Origin: a virus
Lineage: Duplodnaviria > Heunggongvirae > Uroviricota > Caudoviricetes
Strand: one strand, 5' to 3'
Length of the DNA stretch: 19,514 nucleotides
Virus record (IMG/VR): IMGVR_UViG_2585427793_000004
Span: 1-19,514 of that record
The first letter of the stretch is position 1. Each line of letters begins with the position of its first letter. The notes under the pieces were generated by a model. The model had not been told where the DNA came from. It made no database searches and saw nothing but the letters and a program-made list of their open reading frames with translations. The position numbers and the translations under genes were made by a program. Positions 1 through 8,159 of this stretch are shown piece after piece.

Positions 1-357
1 ATCAGCGGCTTCCTGCAAAATCCTGATAGCTTTTTTAACGCCATGCTGAACGGCTGCATCGAACACAAACATCGCCACGCCATCAGGCCACTGGTCACAT
101 CCGGCAGGCAGCCAGTAATCGCGCCAGTAAATCTGCGCGACCTGTTCGCGGGTTAAATCCCTGATGCGGGTATCCGGTTTACCGTCGCCGCTGACATCGG
201 TTTTGCCGTCAATCACACCGTCGCGGCGGTCAGAAATGCCGTATTTGGTTTCACCGCCGCTGTCTGTGGGGTCATTGACATAGCCGCCTTCGATATCGGG
301 ACGCAGAATAAAATTCAGCGCATGTTCAAAGGCCGGGGAGAATTTTTGATTTTCCAT
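1..357 (-). CDS. GH108-type lysozyme / peptidoglycan hydrolase, N-terminal part (3' end outside window); probable endolysin of the Mu-like phage
   Basis: Minus-strand ATG at 357, open to the window edge (119 codons, no stop). Translation MENQKFSPAFEHALNFILRPDIEGGYVNDPTDSGGETKYGISDRR... carries the EGGYVNDP-x-D-x-GGETKYGI signature I recognise as the glycoside hydrolase family 108 N-terminal domain. Not in the supplied ORF track because it has no in-window stop. Confidence 0.6.
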   Translation of the reverse strand, partial: MENQKFSPAFEHALNFILRPDIEGGYVNDPTDSGGETKYGISDRRDGVIDGKTDVSGDGKPDTRIRDLTREQVAQIYWRDYWLPAGCDQWPDGVAMFVFDAAVQHGVKKAIRILQEAAD

Positions 358-369
358 AAAAGCACCTGT

Positions 370-396
370 GAAGCAGATTTAAACGTGGTCTGCTTC
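370..396 (-). promoter_or_regulatory. Perfect 8-bp inverted repeat upstream of the lysozyme gene
   Basis: GAAGCAGA-N11-TCTGCTTC, 13 bp upstream of the ATG at 357 and just downstream (minus-strand sense) of the terminator at 411-437. Function not determinable from sequence. Confidence 0.3.
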
Positions 397-410
397 ATGG
401 TGCCGGAGGC

Positions 411-437
411 ATAAAAAAAGCCGGATTTACCGGCTTC
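411..437 (-). terminator. Rho-independent terminator ending the early/middle transcript
   Basis: Minus-strand RNA reads AAGCCGG-UAAAU-CCGGCUU followed by a run of 7 U; lies ~25 nt 3' of the stop of CDS 459-956. Confidence 0.7.
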
Positions 438-458
438 ATTGAATATCAGGTTATTGAC

Positions 459-956
459 TCAGTTAACTTTACGGGCAGAACATGTAGTCTTCATTACTGA
501 ACGTTCAATTTTTATCTTCCAGCCATTTACTGTTTTTTCGACAGGATCATCTTCCGTCTGCTTTAAATTATCCACATACATAAAATTCAGCGGGGATGGA
601 GTATCATCGTCCCATGATGTCGGGCGAACATAATCAGGGACAACAAAAGGTTCAAAAACAGTTTCACATAAAGCAGACGTCATTTGAGCAAAGTCGTCGC
701 TATCGGGACGAACCGGTCCTGTAACATACTGCATTTTTATGTTGATTTCGTTATCTCGCACAGACGTCTTTAAATCCTGATATACACCTAAGTTAAATCC
801 TTTAAACTCAGCAATGGCAGCATCACCTTTACCGTACCAGTCGGTATAGTCAACGGATGTTTTTTTCTGAAAAACATCTTTGACTTTTTGCTGGAATGTA
901 TCCGCCGCTTGTACAGTAGTAACAGTTAGTAAAAGAATAAGGGGAAGATATTTCAT
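459..956 (-). CDS. Secreted (Sec signal peptide) hypothetical protein, 165 aa; candidate moron
   Basis: ATG at 956 with AAGGA RBS, ATGA overlap with the mor stop. N-terminus MKYLPLILLLTVTTVQA-AD is a typical signal peptide with AxA cleavage site. Region is visibly more AT-rich than neighbours, roughly 35-40 percent GC by eye. Confidence 0.7.
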   Translation of the reverse strand: MKYLPLILLLTVTTVQAADTFQQKVKDVFQKKTSVDYTDWYGKGDAAIAEFKGFNLGVYQDLKTSVRDNEINIKMQYVTGPVRPDSDDFAQMTSALCETVFEPFVVPDYVRPTSWDDDTPSPLNFMYVDNLKQTEDDPVEKTVNGWKIKIERSVMKTTCSARKVN

Positions 957-1354
957 TGTTCGTCCTTAAATAGTTGCATTTGATATTTTCCACGCTCCAG
1001 TCGACGCATTCTTTTGATGGCCTGATATACCGTTTTGTATGTCACTTTGTAACGCTGCACCAGCTCCGCTACGTTTTTCCCATCAAAATCACGCCAGATG
1101 CGCATGTCTCTGATAAGATTTTCCAGTATTTTCCCTTTCGGGACATATACCTGAATCCCACCGATATGATTGCAAATCGCCACTACCAGCTCAAGAGAGT
1201 GGGCAGGGTTAACTCCAAGCCTTATCAGCTCCTGTCGCAACAGAGCATTCAGCTCAGCCAGTAAAGATGGAAATCCCGACTTTTCCTGAACATCATCAAA
1301 ATATTCAAGGATACTGTCGTCCTGATAATCACCAAATAAATCCTGCTCTTTCAT
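953..1354 (-). CDS. mor: Mor/C-family transcriptional activator (Mu middle operon regulator-like)
   Basis: 133 aa; ATG at 1354 with GGGAGA RBS and ATGA overlap with the upstream gene. Sequence ...LFGDYQDDSILEYF...FPSLLAELNALLRQELIRLGVNPAHSLELVVAICNHIGGIQVYVP...TVYQAIKRMRR matches my recollection of Mu Mor. Position right after gemA matches Mu gene order. Confidence 0.8.
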   Translation of the reverse strand: MKEQDLFGDYQDDSILEYFDDVQEKSGFPSLLAELNALLRQELIRLGVNPAHSLELVVAICNHIGGIQVYVPKGKILENLIRDMRIWRDFDGKNVAELVQRYKVTYKTVYQAIKRMRRLERGKYQMQLFKDEQ

Positions 1355-1902
1355 AGAACTATTCTCCCGCTGTTTCTGGCGCGGGCATACGCACTGGTCA
1401 GTGCATCATATCCACGCAGTTCCCGCCCGGTTTCGCTCACAGGTAAAGGCACACCATGTCGGGCAAAAGCTTCCCGAATGCAGCGCATATGCCACTGTTT
1501 GAGCGTTTCGAGCACAATCTGCAACGATTCCCCATAACACCAGGTCAGCGTGGAAACCCCCTGACCACCATTACGTCTGGCCGTCAGGCGTTCAACGTAT
1601 TTGTCCAGCGCGGCGTCGCTGATATCGGAGACGAAACCATCAAGAAACATCTGCTGCCAGATTTTATAAATCTTCTCGCGCGGTGTGACATACCCCTTAA
1701 AGCGACGGCGGGGATGTTTTTTCTGCTTCTTAAAACCGCGCTCTTTCATGGCATTGAGCACCTGTTCCAGTTGTGTAACGGACAGCTCGCGGCAACTGGT
1801 CTTGCCCGTGCACTGCACCAGAAAGGCGCGGTAAGTGTCATCGTCGAGGTGCAACTCCCGGCGGGCAACATGAATTAATTTAATCAGGGATGTGCGGCTC
1901 AT
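1351..1902 (-). CDS. gemA: GemA-like protein (Mu gp16 / DUF1018 family)
   Basis: 183 aa; ATG at 1902 with GGGGGA RBS. N-terminus MSRTSLIKLIHVARRELHLDDDTYRAFLVQCTGKTSCRELS is the conserved GemA-type signature; sits immediately upstream of mor as in Mu. Confidence 0.7.
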   Translation of the reverse strand: MSRTSLIKLIHVARRELHLDDDTYRAFLVQCTGKTSCRELSVTQLEQVLNAMKERGFKKQKKHPRRRFKGYVTPREKIYKIWQQMFLDGFVSDISDAALDKYVERLTARRNGGQGVSTLTWCYGESLQIVLETLKQWHMRCIREAFARHGVPLPVSETGRELRGYDALTSAYARARNSGRIVL

Positions 1903-2215
1903 TATGTCCCCCGGATTTAAAAATTAATTCAGTGTTGAATAGCTCTTTACTCATTCGCTGTAGCACATCAAGGGCGGCAACTGCCGCCACTTTATCCTGG
2001 CTGGCAATGATTCCCCGCAACTCTTCGATAATCCATGCAGGACTTAATGATTCAGCAATCATCATGCGCTTTTCTGAAATTAAATTTTCTCTGGCCTGCT
2101 CAAAGTGCTGGTATACAACATTATCCAGAAAATAATTTACATCTTGTTCTGACATACCACTGGAAATTAAGGTTGCAGCCATTAAATCAGCATCAGTAAT
2201 CATCTGTATTTTCAT
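1880..2215 (-). CDS. Hypothetical early protein, 111 aa
   Basis: Track ORF 1880-2248 trimmed to the ATG at 2215, which has an AGAGG RBS (MKIQMITDADLMAATLISSG...). Same strand and tight packing with flanking early genes. Confidence 0.5.
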   Translation of the reverse strand: MKIQMITDADLMAATLISSGMSEQDVNYFLDNVVYQHFEQARENLISEKRMMIAESLSPAWIIEELRGIIASQDKVAAVAALDVLQRMSKELFNTELIFKSGGHNEPHIPD

Positions 2216-2390
2216 TTCGTAATACCTCTTCGCAATAAAAGATTTCACCGGGATAACGTTTTTGTATGCGCTCCATCACCTGCATACATGCCTGCTCTGT
2301 GGGCCAGATTTTTTCTGTTACCGGGATAGCATCACAGGCATCATTCCCGCAGGTGCCAACCAGCAGGACAAAGCCAATTGACTTAATCAT
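2193..2390 (-). CDS. Small Cys-rich hypothetical protein, 65 aa, with hydrophobic N-terminus
   Basis: Track ORF 2193-2486 trimmed to the ATG at 2390 (MIKSIGFVLLVGTCGND...), which overlaps the stop of the upstream gene in ATGA-like fashion. Six cysteines. The longer track start lies inside the upstream CDS. Confidence 0.4.
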   Translation of the reverse strand: MIKSIGFVLLVGTCGNDACDAIPVTEKIWPTEQACMQVMERIQKRYPGEIFYCEEVLRNENTDDY

Positions 2391-2922
2391 GCTCACTGGC
2401 TTCCTGTGTTGCCGCCGGAACCGGTGAATAATCAAGAATGAGATAGCGCATGACGTGGTCGGTGATATTCCAGCCACTGGAGCCACAAATAAAACGTCCC
2501 AGCCGGATATCGATATACGCCATCACAAAACGGGGCATTCCCTGTTTGCACATTTCATCGCCCACTTCTGCAACGATGTAAACCGACTCGCAGGTCAGTA
2601 CGCCTGTCGCAAATTCTTTTGCCAGTGCCGGAATGGCATTGCCTTCCAGCCAGGGCAAAGAGCGGCGGAACGCACACCATTGAGCATCATCAACAGCGGG
2701 GTGCTCCGTTGTGTTTCGTCTTACCGGCGGCGTCGGGCGAGGGCGCGGAACATCATAAAACCCGTTGCATTCTGTCAGCATTCCGGCATCAACCGCATCA
2801 CGCAGGAAATACACCATTGAAGAAGGTGGCATATTCATTTTTTCCGCCAGAACGCCACAGGTCAGACGTCCGTAAGCCCGTAATAATGTACTGACACCGT
2901 TCAGAACTTTTGCATCAACCAT
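2383..2922 (-). CDS. Hypothetical early protein, 179 aa, possible winged-helix N-terminus
   Basis: ATG at 2922 with AGGA RBS; Pro-rich linker PRPRPTPPVRR between two halves. No family recognised. Confidence 0.55.
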   Translation of the reverse strand: MVDAKVLNGVSTLLRAYGRLTCGVLAEKMNMPPSSMVYFLRDAVDAGMLTECNGFYDVPRPRPTPPVRRNTTEHPAVDDAQWCAFRRSLPWLEGNAIPALAKEFATGVLTCESVYIVAEVGDEMCKQGMPRFVMAYIDIRLGRFICGSSGWNITDHVMRYLILDYSPVPAATQEASEHD

Positions 2923-3020
2923 TTTTTATTCCTGAGTAATCTGTTTCAGGCGCGAGCAATCCCCTGACGCATCGCGCCATAATTAAAAGAAAGTGAATTA
3001 ATTAAATATTCGTGGTGGTA

Positions 3021-3545
3021 TTAAATACCGGCTTCCTGTTCAAACGGAATAATAGAAAAATCTTCAATGCCTGATTTAACTGTAATTCCGGCGACACCTG
3101 CGACTGCTTTCGGTTCCAGTAAAATCGCTTCCTTGTTGATTTCCTGTTTCGTGCGAATAAAGCGTTGCAGGCCAAGACGCTCCAGCGTTTCCATCACCGC
3201 ATCCACACCGCGAATACTTACCGATGGTGGGCGCTGACGCCATTGCACATCACCGGTAACGAGGTTAGCACTTTTCACTTTGCCGCCGTTCGTCAGCTCG
3301 TCACGGTTCGCTTCACACCATCCCTGAACGCCTTTTGAAAGGGTTTCAATACTGGTTTTAAGGGGTGCAATCTGTGAGGCGTATTTCTCCGTAATCTCAG
3401 CGATAGCGTCATTCATTTCCGTTTCAAGTCGTGCCGCTTCGCGTTGCAGGTCACCAATCCGGCGGATATCACATACCACGGCATCACGGGATTGCGGAAC
3501 ATAAGTCGCTGCGGCGTTCCTGATTCGTTTTGCTGACTTAGCCAT
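3021..3545 (-). CDS. gam: Gam-like host-nuclease inhibitor (Mu Gam, Ku-like DNA-end-binding protein)
   Basis: 174 aa; ATG at 3545 with AGGAG RBS. MAKSAKRIRNAAATYVPQSRDAVVCDIRRIGDLQREAARLETEMNDAIAEITEKYA...NGGKVKSANLVTGDVQWRQRPPSVSIRG...EPKAVAGVAGITVKSGIEDFSIIPFEQ agrees closely with my recollection of Mu Gam. Confidence 0.85.
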   Translation of the reverse strand: MAKSAKRIRNAAATYVPQSRDAVVCDIRRIGDLQREAARLETEMNDAIAEITEKYASQIAPLKTSIETLSKGVQGWCEANRDELTNGGKVKSANLVTGDVQWRQRPPSVSIRGVDAVMETLERLGLQRFIRTKQEINKEAILLEPKAVAGVAGITVKSGIEDFSIIPFEQEAGI

Positions 3546-3565
3546 ATAAATAAAGCTCCTGTTAA

Positions 3566-3853
3566 TTAATATTCGCTGTATACAATACTGGATACAGCAC
3601 GATTGCTTAATTCCATCTTTTTGGCTATCACATGAATAGCCAGCCCTTCTTTATAAAGTTCACGACACAAATATTTGTCGTGCTCACTGATTCGGTATGC
3701 ACACAACGATATTCCGTGCCTTCTGGCATGTGCCCTGAGGGCCGTTGTGGCAACGTTCAGTTTTTTCGCCATTTCTTCAACGGTCATTTTTCCGACACTG
3801 GCTTCGATAAATTCCCGGTCTTCGCGTGACCAGCGTTTACGATTACACATCAT
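3566..3853 (-). CDS. Small DNA-binding protein with two HTH-like segments
   Basis: Track ORF 3566-3865 begins with GTG; the ATG at 3853 (MMCNRKRWSREDREF...) is preferred. Segments MTVEEMAKKLNVATTALRAHARRHGI and LAIHVIAKKMELSNRAVSSIV look like helix-turn-helix units. Confidence 0.5.
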   Translation of the reverse strand: MMCNRKRWSREDREFIEASVGKMTVEEMAKKLNVATTALRAHARRHGISLCAYRISEHDKYLCRELYKEGLAIHVIAKKMELSNRAVSSIVYSEY

Positions 3854-3865
3854 TCCGGTCACCAC

Positions 3866-4285
3866 TCAGTACAACAGGGGTTCGCGCAGTGATGCCGGAA
3901 TATGCCGCAGCGATAACTGAACCGCTTTCAGGGCAAGGGAAGAATACGTCCCCTGCGTCCAGCCTTTCGCCATTTGCCGGTACTCGCGCCAGATGTTCTG
4001 CCACTGCTCCCGTGCGTCCGGGTCTGACGCGCTGATGTATTCTCGGTCCATGACGTATTCCCATAAATCCACATTGAAGGCATTGCCAAACGTAATGGCG
4101 CGGAATACCGCCTCCCCGCAATAACGGGCACAAATGCTGTAATGGTCAAATGCAATCAGGTAAGTCTTTTCGCCATACCCCTTAACTTCGCGCGCGCAAA
4201 TAAATTCGCGCAAGTCTCCACCATTGCTATTACGCTCTTTAATCCGAATTAATGCCTGGATTTCGTTTCTGATTCTGGCGTTCAT
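3866..4285 (-). CDS. Hypothetical early protein, 139 aa
   Basis: Track ORF 3866-4333 trimmed to the ATG at 4285 with AAGGA RBS (MNARIRNEIQALIRIKERNSNGGDLREF...). No family recognised. Confidence 0.5.
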   Translation of the reverse strand: MNARIRNEIQALIRIKERNSNGGDLREFICAREVKGYGEKTYLIAFDHYSICARYCGEAVFRAITFGNAFNVDLWEYVMDREYISASDPDAREQWQNIWREYRQMAKGWTQGTYSSLALKAVQLSLRHIPASLREPLLY

Positions 4286-4305
4286 TGTCAGCGTTCCTTT
4301 GTGAA

Positions 4306-4575
4306 TTAATGTGTTGCGGCATCCGGGTTGCACCGGAATAACTCGCCTTCAACTTCCAGCCCGCGTTCCCTGGCGGATTCCAGCAACGCCCGGGTCGCCT
4401 TCTCAATAATTTCAGACGCCATACTCTTGATAATGCCTGCCATCAGATCATGCGGCCCGACCTGTCCCTCCGGGGATTGCTCTTCCAGCCGCACATTCAT
4501 ATTGATATAAAAATGGTTATTTCTTTGCATCTCAGCACTTTCTGCGCAATTAAATTCGAAGATGACCTTTGCCAT
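4306..4575 (-). CDS. Hypothetical early protein, 89 aa
   Basis: Track ORF 4306-4629 trimmed to the ATG at 4575 with GAGGA RBS (MAKVIFEFNCAESAEMQRNNHFYI...). Confidence 0.5.
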   Translation of the reverse strand: MAKVIFEFNCAESAEMQRNNHFYINMNVRLEEQSPEGQVGPHDLMAGIIKSMASEIIEKATRALLESARERGLEVEGELFRCNPDAATH

Positions 4576-4607
4576 TTTGTTATTCCTCACAAATAAAAAG
4601 TTCACTA

Positions 4608-4835
4608 TTAACGCCAGATAATCTGGCAACCATTAAGACGGGCTGTCCATACAGAACGGGCTACCCCGGACTTATGCTCCATAATTCTGACCGCGTTTTT
4701 TACCAGCTCCACCGGTGGGTATGTGATTTCAAGAATCGGACGAGCCACGCCGAGATATGATTCATTTACATGACTCCCGCGCGCCTGTAACCAGTTCTGC
4801 GCATCCGTCGCCATTTTGATATTCCGTGACATCAT
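4608..4835 (-). CDS. Small early protein, 75 aa, in the position of Mu kil
   Basis: ATG at 4835 with AAGGAG RBS, 14 nt after the B stop ([20 protein letters not shown]...). Assignment is positional only: in Mu the gene immediately after B is kil. Confidence 0.5.
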   Translation of the reverse strand: MMSRNIKMATDAQNWLQARGSHVNESYLGVARPILEITYPPVELVKNAVRIMEHKSGVARSVWTARLNGCQIIWR

Positions 4836-4848
4836 GATTTCGCTCTCC

Positions 4849-5787
4849 TTACGTGCGCAGCAGAGTTGAAATATCAACGTCCAGGTCTAATTCACGGAAA
4901 GCCTGACGCAGATAATCTTCATTAACTCGTTCACCTTTGCCGTGGGCGGTCATGGCCGCAAGGCGCAGCGAGTGGTTCAGGATTCGAAGCGCACCTGGTT
5001 TTTGTGCAATCTGCTGTAATAATTCCCGCTCGTTTTCGCCGGTAATTTGCCAGGCATCCGCAATGGCTTTTACATCATCAATTTTGGTTTTATTAATTGC
5101 CGTCCGCTTTGCAATACGGGAAAACAGGCGGGCAAATTCAACCGTTCTGTTACCGCCGGTCATGTTTGAATAAACACGGTGATTCCCCATCAGAACAAGA
5201 CCAATACGGGCGGATTCCTGTAACAGGCGGAGTTCTTCCAGAACCTCAGCGCCAAGATGATCAGCTTCGTCGATAATGACCAGCCCCTGCGTACCTTCAA
5301 GGCGGCGTCGCAAAGCGCGGGAGAGTGGCCCCTTACGGCGCGGTGCGTCATTCATTCCCAGTTCATAAGCCAGTTCAGTCAGGCATTCCAGAACACTGGC
5401 ACAGGATGGGGTAATGGTGATCAACCAGACATTGTTATTGGTGCGCCGAAATTCGCGGGCCGCTTCAGTTTTTCCCACACCTGGATTACCGCAGATAACA
5501 GAAATACTTTCAGTCAGACTGGCAAAACGCATACTCGTCCAGATTTGGCGTGCTGTTCTGGTTTCCACAAAACGCGGGGGTTCTGGCAGCTCTGCGGCGC
5601 GGTGATAGTTTTCCAGCCAGCGTTCCAGCGTCTGCGCGACACGGTCATTGTCTCCGTTGTACTTGTTATTCACGAATGCGCTTAACGTTCCTGCGGCCAC
5701 GCCGGACTCGCGGGCAATTTGTGCATAAGTTGTTTTTTCACTTTCTACAAGCGTGCGCAGTCCTGCGCGAATATCGGAAATATTCAT
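4849..5787 (-). CDS. B: Transposition ATPase / target DNA activator B (MuB-like, AAA+)
   Basis: 312 aa, the length of Mu B; Walker A GNPGVGKT and Walker [11 protein letters not shown]; N-terminal HTH. Near-identical over long stretches to Mu B as I recall it ([15 protein letters not shown]..., ...[12 protein letters not shown]). Confidence 0.9.
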   Translation of the reverse strand: MNISDIRAGLRTLVESEKTTYAQIARESGVAAGTLSAFVNNKYNGDNDRVAQTLERWLENYHRAAELPEPPRFVETRTARQIWTSMRFASLTESISVICGNPGVGKTEAAREFRRTNNNVWLITITPSCASVLECLTELAYELGMNDAPRRKGPLSRALRRRLEGTQGLVIIDEADHLGAEVLEELRLLQESARIGLVLMGNHRVYSNMTGGNRTVEFARLFSRIAKRTAINKTKIDDVKAIADAWQITGENERELLQQIAQKPGALRILNHSLRLAAMTAHGKGERVNEDYLRQAFRELDLDVDISTLLRT

Positions 5788-5825
5788 CTGAATAACCTCG
5801 TAATTAAATTTTATTTAAACGTTAA

Positions 5826-7907
5826 TTAAATGGCTTTTTTACGTCTGTTCTGTTCCAGAATATCCAGCGAATGATTCAGATATTCGTCGCGGTCACTCTC
5901 ATATTCATCATCCGGTTCATCAGCCAGTACTAACACGACTTTCTCCACTGGTCTGTAGACGTTGTTGAACAACCCGTTGCCTGTAACAGGAGCAGGCAGT
6001 GTTCGGGTATTCTCTGCCTCGGCCAGTCTGATTTTTTCCTCTCCCCGCTGACGCATCCCTTTGATGCGCTGCTGGCGCTGATGGTATTCTGCAGTGACCG
6101 GGAATGCCTGCTGTTTATTGCCATCCCAGACCGCCTCACAGATATAGGACCCGTCCATGCGGCGGATAATTACTTTTGTTGCATCATGAATATCGTAATT
6201 CACCAGCACCTTATTACCGTGTTCATATTCCAGATCAGTTGAATAATAAATGTTATTAAACAACCTGACTTCACAACGGTTGACTGTACGTTCAATCTGC
6301 GGCATAAACATTTCACGCAGTTCAAGGTCGGACAACCATTCGATTTCTGTCGCTTCTTTTTCCAGTTTGTAGCGTCGGAACTGCGCCGGGGTGTAATGTT
6401 CACCGTTTCCACGTAGTGGTAGCGAACTATGCGGACGGTTGTTGTACCATTCCACACCAGCTTCAATAGCAACAATAAGTTCATTCCATGACGGCAGGTT
6501 TTTTAAAGCCTGCCGTTGTTTTTCTGTCAGCTCCCGTCCTTTGTTTGCCGCATTTGTTGCAGACATCAGAGTCTTTGTCATACGACGAACCGTTCCACGG
6601 TCGGCACCGGTGCCATAATACGTGGCAAACTGACGTGATATACGCATAGCCAGAGTGCGGTTCAGACGCTCTATAATCCCTCGCCCTTGCGGGTTTTCAG
6701 GTATACCAAGACGGTGATCAATTCCAAGACGCGGTAAAACCCCCGTGATATCAGCATCAAACGTGTTGTTAGTTTCACCGCCGCCATTATCTGAATAATA
6801 GATGTACGGTTTTCCGTGATTTTTAATTCCGTGGCGTAACGCATCAGCAACAGCAACCACACTTTCAGAAAGTGCCAGACTCCAGCCCACAATAAAGCGG
6901 CAACTGCCGTCCATGATAAAGGTGACTTCTGGAGAAAATGGATTGCCGTGATCAGGATGCGCCACTTTCATCTTCATGCCGTGACCATCACCAATCCAGG
7001 CATAATTCACCGGCAAAGATAACCAGTCCCGACGCACGAAGCCTTCATACTGGCGGAACTCACTGCCAGTAATGCGTCCGCGTTGTTTCACAACAACCGG
7101 GAGTTTGTTCATTGCATAGCAAACCTGATCATACGACGGCAGTGCTGCACACATCGCAGGATTATCCTGATGCACTTCATACCATTCCGCAGCAAAATCA
7201 TCATAAGCCTCCTGCATTCCGCACCCGTTCGGACGACGGTAAAAACGAAGAAACTCAGGTAACCAGCGAATCTGGTCGGGTTTTATGGGTTGACGTTTAC
7301 CAGGTGCCAGCATGATCAAACGTTCAGCCGGAGTGGTAGCCTTTTTAAAATCAGCAATCCAGCGTTTCAGTGATATTTCACTAAGGGATCGCAATGAACC
7401 TTTTTTCGCATTCGCAGTTGCAACGGTTTCCACCAGGTGTGCCGGTAACTCACCGTTTTTAGCCTGTTTCACAAACTCACGGATGGCAGCAGCCTGGCTG
7501 ATTCCTGGTAGTTCACAAACGCGCAAAACTTCGCTGACAATCGCAATTCGGGCGTCCGCTGTTTCTTTTTGCGTGGCGGTTAACGTTCCGAGTTTCTGCT
7601 CAAACAGCGCAGGACATTTGCGGTAAACCGCAATTTTGCCGTCTTCACGTTTTTTTAAACGCGGAGATTCAGGTTCTTTTGCCTCAGTTGCTGGCTGATT
7701 CATTAACGCCTTAATCTGGCGAGCCTGTAACGCCTTACGCGCCACATCAGGCAAACAGTCGACATGGAACTCAAAAGCCTTTGTCCCTGCACGCTTACGC
7801 ATCATTCCTTCTGATTCGCCGCAATAACGGCGCAATGCTTCCCGAATTCCTTTAATTGTTTTTGGTAATCCTGGTACACCGACCAGCTCTTTGGCGAGAA
7901 CAAACAT
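5826..7907 (-). CDS. A: DDE transposase A (MuA-like)
   Basis: 693 aa, ATG at 7907, 3 nt after the ner stop. N-terminal LPGLPKT motif as in the MuA DNA-binding domain; C-terminal tail ...DEYESDRDEYLNHSLDILEQNRRKKAI matches the MuA C-terminus as I remember it. Sits between ner and B as in Mu. Confidence 0.9.
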   Translation of the reverse strand: MFVLAKELVGVPGLPKTIKGIREALRRYCGESEGMMRKRAGTKAFEFHVDCLPDVARKALQARQIKALMNQPATEAKEPESPRLKKREDGKIAVYRKCPALFEQKLGTLTATQKETADARIAIVSEVLRVCELPGISQAAAIREFVKQAKNGELPAHLVETVATANAKKGSLRSLSEISLKRWIADFKKATTPAERLIMLAPGKRQPIKPDQIRWLPEFLRFYRRPNGCGMQEAYDDFAAEWYEVHQDNPAMCAALPSYDQVCYAMNKLPVVVKQRGRITGSEFRQYEGFVRRDWLSLPVNYAWIGDGHGMKMKVAHPDHGNPFSPEVTFIMDGSCRFIVGWSLALSESVVAVADALRHGIKNHGKPYIYYSDNGGGETNNTFDADITGVLPRLGIDHRLGIPENPQGRGIIERLNRTLAMRISRQFATYYGTGADRGTVRRMTKTLMSATNAANKGRELTEKQRQALKNLPSWNELIVAIEAGVEWYNNRPHSSLPLRGNGEHYTPAQFRRYKLEKEATEIEWLSDLELREMFMPQIERTVNRCEVRLFNNIYYSTDLEYEHGNKVLVNYDIHDATKVIIRRMDGSYICEAVWDGNKQQAFPVTAEYHQRQQRIKGMRQRGEEKIRLAEAENTRTLPAPVTGNGLFNNVYRPVEKVVLVLADEPDDEYESDRDEYLNHSLDILEQNRRKKAI

Positions 7908-7910
7908 AAA

Positions 7911-8159
7911 TCAGGATACCTTCTGAATGTAGCTTTCTGTCTGATAGCGGCTGGGCCAGATAGTTTCCGGTGCAACCCCCAGCGCATCAGCAACAATCTG
8001 CTGATAAGGTTTGCACGGTGTGCGTAAAACACTCTTGAGGGAGTCTTTGCTGTAACCCGCCTGAATGGACAGTGCGCGAAATGACAGTCCCCGTTTGTGA
8101 ATCTCTGCCTTAATGATTTCAGGGTGCCAATCGGCACGCGGATCTTCTTTTCGAGTCAT
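7911..8159 (-). CDS. ner: Ner-like DNA-binding early regulator
   Basis: 82 aa; ...ADWHPEIIKAEIHKRGLSFRALSIQAGYS...ETIWPSRYQ resembles Mu Ner (shared ...IWPSRYQ motif). Divergent from the repressor gene, immediately upstream of A. Confidence 0.8.
   Translation of the reverse strand: MTRKEDPRADWHPEIIKAEIHKRGLSFRALSIQAGYSKDSLKSVLRTPCKPYQQIVADALGVAPETIWPSRYQTESYIQKVS

Noticed and set aside
3017-3029. Small palindrome GGTATT-A-AATACC at the gam stop codon
   Set aside because: Only 6-bp arms, AT-rich, overlaps the stop codon; likely chance.
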